A model generated the notes under the pieces. It made no database searches. It was not told where the DNA came from and was given only the letters and a program-made list of their open reading frames with translations. The position numbers and the translations under genes are program-made. Shown one piece after another: positions 37,001 through 48,810 of a stretch of 54,019 bases of DNA (positions are counted from its first letter, which is position 1; every line of letters begins with the position of its first letter). Origin of the DNA: Octopus bimaculoides. Lineage: Eukaryota. Where the stretch lies: assembly GCF_001194135.2 (NCBI RefSeq), contig NC_069006.1, positions 4,414,259 through 4,468,277 on the forward strand, written 5' to 3'.

Positions 37001-40000
37001 TGCAAGAGGATGGCCCACGTGTCACCTACACAGACAACATAACAGAAGAACCTGTGACCCAAGAAACAGTCAGTGAACACTCGCAAGTAGATGTTTGTAG
37101 CCTTAATGTTGTTTATACACCTTTACCTGAGTTCTGTGAAGTAAATGTGACTCTGGTACCAGCAGTGTCGTATGATATGGGTGAGACTGAACCAAGTATT
37201 GTATCAGTAGTTGAAGAAGATGTACCTATAAACGAGACAGTGACAACAACTGTGTCGATGATGAGAGATGAATCTAAAAGCGAGATGGTGGAAGCTGTGT
37301 CTTTGCCAGTGGTGGGCAATGAGTCTGAAGTTGAAACACTAGAAGTTGTAGATGGTCAGTCTGGAAATGGAGTGGTGGACAGTGAACTTGACCAGACAAT
37401 AGAAACTTCTTCAACAGTGGACAGTGAGCCTGAAAGTGAGACACTGGACACTGCATCACTTGTCGACAGTAATTTTGAAAATGAGACAGAGCATGCTGCA
37501 GAAGTAAGGGACAGTATGTCTGATAATGAAATGGTGGAAACCACCTCAGCAGGAGATGACGAACCTGAAAATGAGGCAGTTGTGACTGCTTCAATAATAG
37601 ACTTGAAAGCTGAATGTGAGACAGAAGAGGTGTCTGTTGAAGTTAGCTGCCCTGTGAATGAAATAATGTCACCAGTTGATGCAGAAATAGAGAATGTCCC
37701 TATAAATGAGACAGTGGAGATTCTATCAGTTGGAGACAACTTGTATGGAAACGAAACAATGTCGACAACAGGCAGTGAATTTGAACATGAAACGACAGCA
37801 CAAGCTGTGCTGGTAGACTTGTCTGAAAATGAAACACCAGTTGAGGCTGAATCGGCAGCAAACATCATCTGTGACAGTGGAATGGTAACTAACGTGTCTA
37901 CAGCAATGCACAGTATTGCAATTGAGGGTCAGGTAACAGTACCAGGTTTGTCAATTTTGAGTGACACCCTTGAAAATGAGGTAGCTGTGGTTGAAGTGGC
38001 TGTGGGCCATGAGGGTGAAGAAGAAACATCTGTGGGTGTATCTATGAAAAGCCCTGAATCTACAGCTGAAACAAAGCTGGTTACACCAGGAATGAGCAGC
38101 ACATGGGAAGATGTGGTGCAGATGACAGAGTCAGTATCAAACAGCAGTATTTCAGCAACAGGTGATTTGCCTGAAAGCGAAACAGGTGTAAATGTGTTGG
38201 CAACAAACAACACATTGAGAAATGAGATGGCAGCAGTCGAGTGCGAAACAGATGAGGCATCTAAAAAAGAAACAGTACCTGAAATGACATCTGCAAGCGC
38301 TGCTGGTATTGCATTTGAAGATGATATATCTCAGTCAGGTATACCTGTCATTTGTTTAAGAGATGGGGTGAGTAACAAAGTGTCAACTGGTTATGTAGTA
38401 ATGGAGGAGAATTCATCACAGAGTAATTTTGTACCTGTTGTCACGGAAACAGATACATTATCTAATATTGTTGTGACTTTGTCTGATGTGAGCTGTGGAG
38501 GACCTCCACAAATGGAAACAGCAACACTGCCTGAAACATGCGTTACTCTACCAAATCCTAACCAAACGGTTTCGTTATTGGACAGTGCTGCTGCTCCTCA
38601 AATCATGACAATCATGGCAGAAACGGTAAGCAGTGTGTCCAGTCCTGGTGGAGATATGTCTGTAAGGGATACACACTTGCACCAAAAGGAAACCGCTGCG
38701 TTTGTAATGACCAAAGAAGCAGCAGGTACATCACTCATTCCTGCATGTAGTGCACCGAAAGACAAAACAACAGTACTTCATGTAGTGAGCAGTGGTGATA
38801 TACATGGAGTAGCTGAGTTCTCACCAGCTGAAACTGTAATATGTGATATACCTGGTAAGGAATCGACCCCAGTGTCAGTAATATATAGTGCTTCACTTGA
38901 AAAGAATTCTGCTCCTGTGGTATTTAGCAGCTGTTCTGGAAATGTAACACCAACCGTATCTACAGTGTACAGTACTGTACTCCTAAATGACGCAGCAACA
39001 AGTTTACCTGTGATGTGTGGCAGTGTATGTGGGGAAGTAATACCAACAGTACCTCTGGTGTGTAACATTGTATCTGAGAAAGAAGCAGCTGTTGTACCTA
39101 TGGTGTATAGCTCTCTGTGTGCAATGGAACCTGCAAACATATCTGTGATAGATAGCAACATGTCTGGGGAACAGGTGTCTGCTGTACCTGGGGGATGCAG
39201 TAAAGCACCTGCAATGTCAGCATCAGGGATGTATGGCAGCATACCTGGTGAAAAGACGGTGCTTGGTAGCGCAACCATACTTCCATCAGATAGCCATGTA
39301 GCTGAGACAGTATCGTCCTTGCCTGTTGAATGTAGTACTTTACCTGGGAATTTACTGCTCACACCTCAACCATCTGTTACATCTGGCGTTGTGTCGGGAA
39401 CAGCAACAGTTACAACTTTAACATGTAGCGGTGCACTGCCAAAGAAAACAGGACCTTTGTTACAGACATGTAGCACAATAGCGTCAGACAAATCTGCATC
39501 ACTAACATGTAACAGAGTCGTACAAAGTATAACGCCATTTATATCATCTACAGTTAGTAGTGGAGTACTCGGTACCGTACACATACCTCTGACATGTAAT
39601 GATGTTGTAGAAACATCAACATGTAGCAGTTCAATGGTGTCTGAAGTGATGGACTCCTCATCGCTCACATGTGGCGCAATAGAATCTGAGAAAAGACCAA
39701 CACCAAAAACTCTGAGAAACGATCGTATGACATCTGCATGTCTAACATGTTGCAGCAAAGTACCAGAAGAGGCAGCACATGTACCACTAACATGTAGTGA
39801 TGTAGTACTTGAGGATACAATGCTTACATCACAGACATGTGGCAATGCAATACCAGGGGAGACAGCAGCTACATTATTGGCATGTAGCAATGTAGTGCCA
39901 AAGGAGGTGGCACCTGCACCACAGACATGCAGCAGTGTAATACCAGAGAGGACAGTCCCTACATTATTAACAGGTAGCAATATAGTACAAGAGGAAACAG

Positions 40001-41271
40001 CACCTGCACAACTGACATGTAGCAGTGCAGTACCAGAGGACACAGCACCTACATTACTGGCATGTAGTGATGTAGTATCAGAGACAGTGTCTACACCACA
40101 AACATGTGGCACTGTAGTACCAGAGGAGACAGTACCTATAACACTGACATGTAGCAAAGCAACACCAGAGGAAACCAAGCCCCTGCATTTGACATGTGGC
40201 AATGTCCCAGGACTTGATATTTTAGCGCTATCAGTTACAAACAATTTTATTCCTGAGACTGAAAGCCCAGCTCCATTGGTTGAGGAGAGTATATCTTCCA
40301 AGGCTGATGCGGAATCAGAATCTCTTGTGCCCCCAAAGGTCAGCATCCCAATTGGGAACCCACATACCGAAAGCCTTATGTCTGTGCTATCAAAATGTTA
40401 CAATTCTGCTGCCAACACAAATAAGTCAAACCAACATTTGGACGAAGTAACAGCAAGATCTGAAAGAGTCTGCAACAAAGACCTTACCACGTGCATAGCT
40501 TCTTCAGAAAATAATTTTAGACTTCAAAATACATCAAAAAATTCTAGCTTTGATTATTTAACTCATTCTACTGTTACAGATAGTGGAAGTGCAAAATGCT
40601 GGAAATATGAAGTAAATGTACCTCAAGACATCCAGAATGATCCAAGAAATGAAACTGGAAATCAACAGCTCGGTGATCTTATTTCCTCATCTGCAAAACA
40701 TCTGGGTGATACAGAATCTGTGAAATCCCTTGGTGAGGATGTTCGGATCTTGATGGAGGAGCAAGACTCAGACTCCGACCCACTTGTAGTATTGTCTAGA
40801 GTTGCAGTAGCCAAAATCTCTGAGTCAGCAATGAAATCTGAAGAGAATCCGAAAAACGAGAGTGACTACACTGGAGTGACAACATTGAATTTTGAGAGTG
40901 AACTTGAGTTGGAAGTAGTTCCTGAGGCAATAATGGAAGGTGATATTCTGTACGAAGACTTCCCAGGTAGCTTTCCATTCCATACAGTCATCAGTCCTGA
41001 TACCAATGCAACATTAGAGACTCCACCTGACTGCCGTAAAATGATGCAGTATCTTTCCGACACATCAAGGACACTCAAACAATCATTACCTCCCCTGTCT
41101 CCACCTGCTCCACTCTTAAATCTCCCGCACAGGTACAAATCAGAAACGCCTGCTGCTCACTGTTTATCTTTTGATAACATTGAAGATTCAACACAAGCCA
41201 AACACATCAAAGTAACTGACTCTGTCCCTAAACCTGGTCTAAGCCTTAATCCTAGCCCTAACCCTAACTGA
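30569..41271 (+). CDS. PRDM2: Giant 10,703-nt coding exon: 7 zinc fingers (4 C2H2, 3 C2HC), low-complexity N/T/S tract, poly-Glu tract, long acidic repeat-derived C-terminus
   Basis: 3565-codon open frame with acceptor ttttctctctcttcctaatttcag|. Splicing from 26295 gives HSG-NLPF-QCEYC, a canonical finger linker. The fingers at 33379-33501, 33598-33672 and 34138-34209 resemble human PRDM2 fingers as recalled from memory. The 3' end (stop versus a donor near 41211) is uncertain. Confidence 0.92.
39745..40200 (+). repeat. Coding 45-bp (15-aa) minisatellite, about 10.2 units (TCS.VVPEET.P.LL)
   Basis: Units start with ACATGT/GCATGT every 45 bp from 39745. Unit 8 is 42 bp. Confidence 0.9.
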
Positions 41272-42098
41272 ACATAACAAGAGGAAGAATCTTTTGGCTA
41301 AATTTACACTTTTTTTTTCTTTTTAATATTCTTCAAATTTTCTGCTTTTCCTAATTATTATTCTATATCTGTTTTTGAGGAATATGGAAACAATAACCAA
41401 GAACAGGCAAAGAATTCTTATGAACTATTTCTATGAAATTTCAAAATTTGATTTTGGTATAAAAAAAAACACAACAAAAATAGTTTCTTATTGAAGGAGG
41501 CACAGAGCTCATTATTAGAACTCTGGGATTTTTTTCTTAATTTTATAAAGTATGACTCTTTATAAATCTATATATGCATACGACATATAAATATATATAT
41601 ATATACATATATATATATGTGTGTGTGTGCATGTATGTACTGCATATGTGTGTATGTATAAGTACACATGTACATACAAAATATATATATACATACTATA
41701 TACATGTATATATATACCATGTGTGTGTATGTTTCTGCACATACACATATACCCACACACTCCCACACATACAAAAGCTGTGATAATTTTTCGGGTATTC
41801 TATATTGTACGATCACAACATTGACACTTTTATTTCATTCCACTCCAAATCTAGCACCATAGAATCATGTCCACTTGGTACCACAAACACAATCACACAC
41901 ACGCACACACACGCGCACACACACACACACATGCACATACACATGCTAGAGATATATGTCTGCTTGTTTTGAACACACTAAGAGTATTTGATTTCAAATA
42001 TTAACTACACACAAATATCATATATATATGTATATGTGTATGTATGTGTGTATATTTGTATATGCATATGCATGTGTATATGTGTGTGTATATACATG

Positions 42099-42149
<51 letters not shown>

Positions 42150-42370
42150 ATGTATGTATACACATGCCATGGCTGTGTAGTTTAGAAGCTTGCTTTGCAG
42201 TCACGTGGTTTCAGGTTCAATCCCACTGTCTGGTACATTGGGCAAGTGTCTTCTGCTATAGCTCTGGGCTGACCAATGCCTTGTCAAGTGAATTTGATAC
42301 ACAAAACCCTGTGGAATCCTGTCATTTGTGTGTGTGTGTGTGTGTGTATTTATATATATGTGTATTTATA

Positions 42371-42404
<34 letters not shown>

Positions 42405-44202
42405 CCTCACCACCCCCCAGCTGCTTGACAACCAGTAACGGTCTGTTTGCGTCTCCTGTGACTTAACAGCTCATCAAAGAGAAACTGATCAGGTGTAAGT
42501 ATCAGACTTTTACTAAAAAAAAAATATATATCGGGGTGGGGGGGGAGGTTGATCTGTGTCAACTAAAACCCCTCAAAGCAGAGGCCCACCTTGGCAGCGA
42601 CCCAATGACTAAAGCAATTAAAAGGGAAAAAATATATAATGTGTGTGTGTATACACGTAATTTAATCATCAAGAATGTTCTACCCTACAACATATACAGG
42701 TTATATATATATATATATGTATGTCTACATATGTATATATATGATTAATTTATTTATTTCTACTCCTGCCACGCCATGTTTTTCCTGAAAATATTTATTC
42801 TCTATTATTTATTCTTCCTGTTGTTTTTCCTTTTCATTTATTATTTGCCCTTCAAACTCAGTGTTTTTGGCCTCCTCCGTCAGCGTCCTCTCTGACACTA
42901 TTAAGAGATCACACACATGCATATAATATATATATATGTTGTTTTATGGCATCAAAATTTAGAAACACGAAGTGGGTAAAATTAAAAATATAATAGCAAG
43001 TAAATTTGGGGTAAAAACACGCTTTTGGATAGTAAAAGCCAAAGGCAGCTGTGGGGCTTAGATGTCTGTTATGTTTACAGGGGGTGTAGGTTCAAGTCCC
43101 AAGCCCAGACTGACTTTTTCTATCCAGAAGGGTCTTTTTAACCCAATATTTACATGCTATTATTAGCTTTTTCTACTTCAAGTTCTACAGTTAAAAATGA
43201 ATTACACACAGATATACACAATTACATCATTTTCTAATTATATAAGACATTAAATCTTTCAATGAGTTTGGTGTGTGTATGAGTGAGTGTATGTGTGTGT
43301 GTGTGTTTTATATCTATATACATATATATATATAAAAAATATTCTTTGTAAATTTGGAAGGAGAAAATGAGTGAGAGATAGAAAGAGAGAAAATAGTGGA
43401 ACTTCATTCCTACNNNNNNNNNNNNNNNNNNNNNNNNNNNNNNNNNNNNNNNNNNNNNNNNNNNNNNNNNNNNNNNNNNNNNNNNNNNNNNNNNNNNNNN
43501 NNNNNNNNNNNNNNNNNNNNNNNNNNNNNNNNNNNNNNNNNNNNNNNNNNNNNNNNNNNNNNNNNNNNNNNNNNNNNNNNNNNNNNNNNNNNNNNNNNNN
43601 NNNNNNNNNNNNNNNNNNNNNNNNNNNNNNNNNNNNNNNNNNNNNNNNNNNNNNNNNNNNNNNNNNNNNNNNNNNNNNNNNNNNNNNNNNNNNNNNNNNN
43701 NNNNNNNNNNNNNNNNNNNNNNNNNNNNNNNNNNNNNNNNNNNNNNNNNNNNNNNNNNNNNNNNNNNNNNNNNNNNNNNNNNNNNNNNNNNNNNNNNNNN
43801 NNNNNNNNNNNNNNNNNNNNNNNNNNNNNNNNNNNNNNNNNNNNNNNNNNNNNNNGTTGTCATTTATTAACTGCCTTCCATGTCTTGGTTGGGTTGGACA
43901 GTTTGACAGGATCCAACAAAATACAGGACAGTCTCATCCTCCATCATCTGCTTTGGCATGGATTCTTGCTGCTGGGTGCTCTTCCCAGTGCCAACCACTT
44001 CATAGAGTGTGCTGGATGCTTTTTTTATTCTTTTGTGGCACCTGCACTAGTGAGGTCACCAAGTAAGTTGCAAGACAGAAAAGAGAAAAGCTTCTGTGAT
44101 GATTAAGTAGGTGGCTGGGGTGGGGAGAAGGAGGGCGTTTTTATGTCAAGTGCTGAGGAGCTGAAGTATGAGAGATGGACAAGCACTGGTGTCTTGTTAT
44201 AG

Positions 44203-44911
44203 CAGTGTTTCTCAACCTTTTTACCCTTGTGTAACCCTCAAAATAAATTCTTTTCTATTCTAGGCACAAGACCTGAAATTTTGTGGGAGTAGGCTAGTCA
44301 AATTGATTCCAGTATGCAAATGGTACTTAATTTATTGACCCCAAAAGGATAAGGATAAATGGCAAAGTTTACCTCAGCAGAATTTGAACTCAAAACGTAA
44401 AAGACGGATGAAATACCACTAAGCATTTTGCCCAGAGTGCTAACATTTCTTATTTCTTTATTGCCCACAAGGGGCCAGATATAGAGGGGACAGACAAAGG
44501 GATTAAGTTGATTATATTGACCTCGAAAGGATGAAAGACAAAGTCGACCTCGGCAGAATTTGAACTCAGAATGTAACGGCAGACGAAATACCGCTAAGCA
44601 TTTCACCCGGCATGTTAACGTTTCTGTCAGCTCACCGCCTTAACCATCAAATTAAATTACATGTCTCAAGGAATCACTGCACAAAAAAAATTATATACTA
44701 TATCTTTCTCATATTTTTTTCATCGTAGTTCATGTGGTAAATATCATATATATATGATTGTTATATTTTTTTGATAACATAATGGCTTAGATAGGATGAT
44801 GTCTATGTTACAATAACCAATAATGTTTTGCATGTATAGTAATATTACAATCATGAAATTAGCATTAGCTTATCTCACTCTTTCTCGGGGAACCCCGGTT
44901 GAGAAATGCTG
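44203..44911. mobile_element. hAT non-autonomous element with nested family-B SINEs
   Basis: TIRs cagtgtttctcaacc / ggttgagaaatgctg (13/15 match). 8-bp TSD tgttatag / tgctatag. Confidence 0.85.
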
Positions 44912-45869
44912 TGCTATAGAAAAGAAACATGGCTGCCTCACATTATATTAGTCGGTGGGAGTAACTGCAAAGATAAACAGGGTGATGGACAAGATGCTGG
45001 AGAAAACTTTCAAGACACAAGAAGGTGATAGATCAGGATGGAGAGGGTGTGTAATTTCATAAGAGTATGAGGAAAGAGGAACAGATAGTTAGGGGTGAAT
45101 GATGCAGCGTGTAATGAGCAAGGGTGGCGATGTGGTTGGTACAAAATGTCAGTAATGGAGATGGGTTGAGATGAAGGAAGTGGTTGAGTAAGTAAGTAAG
45201 GGGATGATGTACATGAGGTATAAATGGCAGAGGAGCCCAATAAAAATACATGCCTTAATTCTATTTCACTATCATTATTATTCTGCTGGGTCAACTTTGC
45301 TTTTCATCCTTTCGGGGTCAATAAAAAAATACCAGTTGAGTACTGGGGTCGATATAATGGACTGGTCCCCTCCCCCAAATTTTAGGTCTTGTGCCTATAG
45401 CAGAACGGATTATTATTATTATTATTATTGTATTTTGCCCATCGCTACGTTCTGAGTTCAAATTCCACTGAGGTCAACTTTGCCTTTCATCTTTATCATC
45501 ATTAAGGCAGTGAGCTGGCAAAATTGCTAGCATGCTGGACAAAATGCTTAGTGGCATTTGTTTTAACTTCATGTTTCTGAGTTCAAATCTTACCATGGTC
45601 GACTTGGCCTTTCATCCTTTTGGGATCAATAAAATATGAACCACTTGAGCACTGGAGGCATAATTGATTTAACTCCTTTCCTAAAATATTTCAGGTTTTT
45701 TGCTAAAAGTAGAAAGGCTTATTATCATTAAGAGATAATTTAAAAGTTGCTTCATTGCTCCAAACAATTTTTGTTAGAAAATGTGCATCTTTTGCATATC
45801 TTGTCAAATACCACCCACTCATTGGACACGAAACTCAGCTTGCGAAGACTTATTGGGGCAAGCGAAAGC

Positions 45870-46240
45870 GAAATCGGGATGGCACCTGTGCCCAGCATCG
45901 CCTTTCTGGCACTTGTGCCCATGACATGTGTAAGGATTTTCGAGTGAGATTGTTGCCAGTGCCCCTGGACTGGCTCTTGTGCAGGTGGCACATAAAATAC
46001 ACCATTTTGAGCGTGGCCGTTGCCAGTACCGCCTGACTGGCCTTCGTGTGGGTGGCACGTAAAAGTACCCACTACACTCTCGGAGTGGTTGGCGTTAGGA
46101 AGGGCATCCAGCTGTAGAAACTCTGCCAGATCAGATTGGAGCCTGGTGTAGCCATCGGGTTTCACCAGTCCTCAGTCAAATCGTCCAACCCATGCTAGCA
46201 TGGAAAGCAGACATTAAACGATGATGATGATGATGATGAT
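45870..46240 (+). mobile_element. Relatively intact RTE 3'-UTR-type repeat ending in (GAT)n
   Basis: Its CpGs are retained relative to the other copies. The GAT tail lies at about 46220-46240. Confidence 0.8.
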
Positions 46241-48697
46241 GAAAACTTCACTCTTCAGTCTAGAACATCATAGAGAGCGTGGAGTGCTCTTGGAATGCAG
46301 CTCTCCCAATGACAGCACTTCAAAATGTGGTGGACACTTCAGATAAAATGCTTTCCAGCATTTCTTTCAGTTCTTTACATTCTGAGTTCAATTTCCACTG
46401 CAGCCAACCTTGTCTTTCTTTTTTGAGGGTCAATAAAATAAAGTAACAGTCGAGTACCGGGGTTGATGTAGTTGACTTGCCCCCACCCCTCAAAATTTGC
46501 TGGCCACATTCCAAAATTAGGAAGCTTTCTGTCTGGCAAGCTGGCAGAATCGTTAGCATGTTGGACAAAATACTTTGTGGCATGTCTTCCACCTTTGTCA
46601 TCTGAGTTCAATTCCTGCTGAGGTTGACTTTGCCTTACTTCCTTTCAGGGTCAATAAAATAAAAGTACCAGTCAAGTACTGGGGTCAATGTAACTGACTT
46701 GCCCCCTTCCACAAAATTTCGGGCCTTCTAGTAGAAAGGATTATTATTATTATCATTGACGAGGCTGCAGAGGGAAACAAAAAGGACCCTTTGAATTTAG
46801 CTGATTGATCAACTGACAAAACAATTAATCAAATTAGTTAACTAACCTGGTGACTAATAATACTTGAAAAAAGTGAAACGGAACCAGTGTATGTTTTTTT
46901 TATTATTGGCATAATGACCCTCTCAAGATAATTACAAAATGAATTTATTTTTCCTTTTGTACTTTTTCCATTTTCATTCTTCTTCATGCTCCTGCGACTA
47001 CTCAGTGTGTTGATGGTAAGTTTGATCTGATAATGGTATAGTTGCAACAGCATCTCCCACACGCCAAGGCAACATTTGCTTGAACAGAGTCCACTCTGCA
47101 GAGTGGTTGGTGTTAGGAGGGACATTCAGCTGTAAAATCCCTGACTAAACAGACACAGTAGCCTGAAGTGCTCCTATCAGCCATTCTAACCATGCATGCA
47201 TGGTTGTTGTTGTTGGCACTCTGTCGCTTACGACGTCGAGGGTTCCAGTTGATCCGATCAACGGAACAGCCTGCTCGTGAAATTAACGTGCAAGTGGCTG
47301 AGCACTCCACAGGCACGTGTACCCTTAACGTAGTTCTCGGGGATATTCAGCGTGACACAGTGTGAAAAGGCTGACCCTTTGAATTACAGGCACAACAGAA
47401 ACAGGAAGTAAGAGTGAGAGAAAGCTGTGATGAAAGAGTACAGCAGGGTTCGCCACCATCCCTTGCCAGAGCCTCGTGGAGCTTTAGGTGTTTTCGCTCA
47501 ATAAACACTCACAACGCCCGATCTGGGAATCCGGGGGCTAGTCTATTAAAATGACCCCAGTATGCAACTGGTACTTAATTTATCGACCCCGAAAGGATGA
47601 AAGGCAAAGTCGACCTCGGCAGAATTTGAACTCAGAGTGTAAAGACAGAATGCTAAGCATTTCGCCTGGCGTGCTAACGTTTCTGCCAGCTCACTGCCTT
47701 AACAATAAAGAATCTAAACAAAACAATTATGGCAATACCAGATAACCCATTCATCTGTTTTTATTGTTACGCCACACTTGTTTTGCTGGGTAGTGTGTTT
47801 GTTCACTGAACACTGCTGTGAATTCCCCTTTGTTTTTCAAAAATCCCCCCTAAATCACAAAATAAGTGGGGAATACATGCCCTATTTTTCAGATCCTGGC
47901 AGTAACACTGAAGCTGGAAGCAGGATAATCTAATTCTACTCTTTATCGCATTCAAGAATACAAACATGTTTTTAAGCACAACACACACAGAGTCCAAAAG
48001 AAACACTACCTTTCACCAGCAATGCATTAACGACGGTGCTGTCTCTCCCTAGCATGAAGCTTCCTATCTCAGACATGTGAGCAAGCGCAAAACAGCCAAA
48101 CACTGCATCACTGGAAATGTGAAGCGCACAGTTCTACACAAGAATTTTTGTATTTTTTTCATAAACTAGGGGATGGCTACTGACTTTAAACTAAAGGACT
48201 ATATAATGTATGAAAAAGAATTTTTAAAAAAAGGACTCATTATATTGAATGTCATTGATAATATTGAGTGGAAATAGGGGGTGCTGCAGTGTAACTGACT
48301 TCCCNNNNNNNNNNNNNNNNNNNNNNNNNNNNNNNNNNNNNNGATCAGTTGAACCCTGGAATCGATGTAATTGATTATACCCCTCCTCCAAAATTTCAGG
48401 CCTTGTGCCTATAGTAGAAAAGATTATAAGTGGTGTTGGTTATAGTAGTAGTAATTTATAATTATTGTTAATACTACATGGCTTGGGTTGGGCATTATTG
48501 TTACATGACCTCCCTCATCAGCCAAACAATGAATGGAGATGACAGACGTCACTTGACCCACTTTCAAAAAAGAAAAAGAAAAAAAAAAACGCAAAGCTGA
48601 CACGTGATGGCGATGGAGACCGAAAACAAGTGAATATTGGATCTTGAAATGTTGACAAAAAAAACCTCCCCCACTTCCATTATCTTTTTCCCTTCAG

Positions 48698-48810
48698 GTC
48701 GGTGTTGGTTTTGAAATTTTAAAACACATTCAATTAATATGACTGCTTTTGGCCAGTGAAATGGAAATAAAAATATGAATGAGTTACACCTTTTATGGGG
48801 GAAGAAATAG
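48698..48810 (+). other. Candidate spliced exon (UTR or short coding) of unknown affiliation
   Basis: Strong acceptor ttccattatctttttcccttcag| and consensus donor aaatag|gtaagt in non-repetitive sequence. No long ORF. Confidence 0.35.

Noticed and set aside
39366-40346. 326-aa minus-strand ORF
   Set aside because: Antisense shadow of the 45-bp coding repeat. It has no independent start context or recognisable domain.
30569-41271. Rb-binding LxCxE or CtBP PLDLS motifs known from vertebrate PRDM2
   Set aside because: I found no exact match on reading the translation, so they are not claimed.
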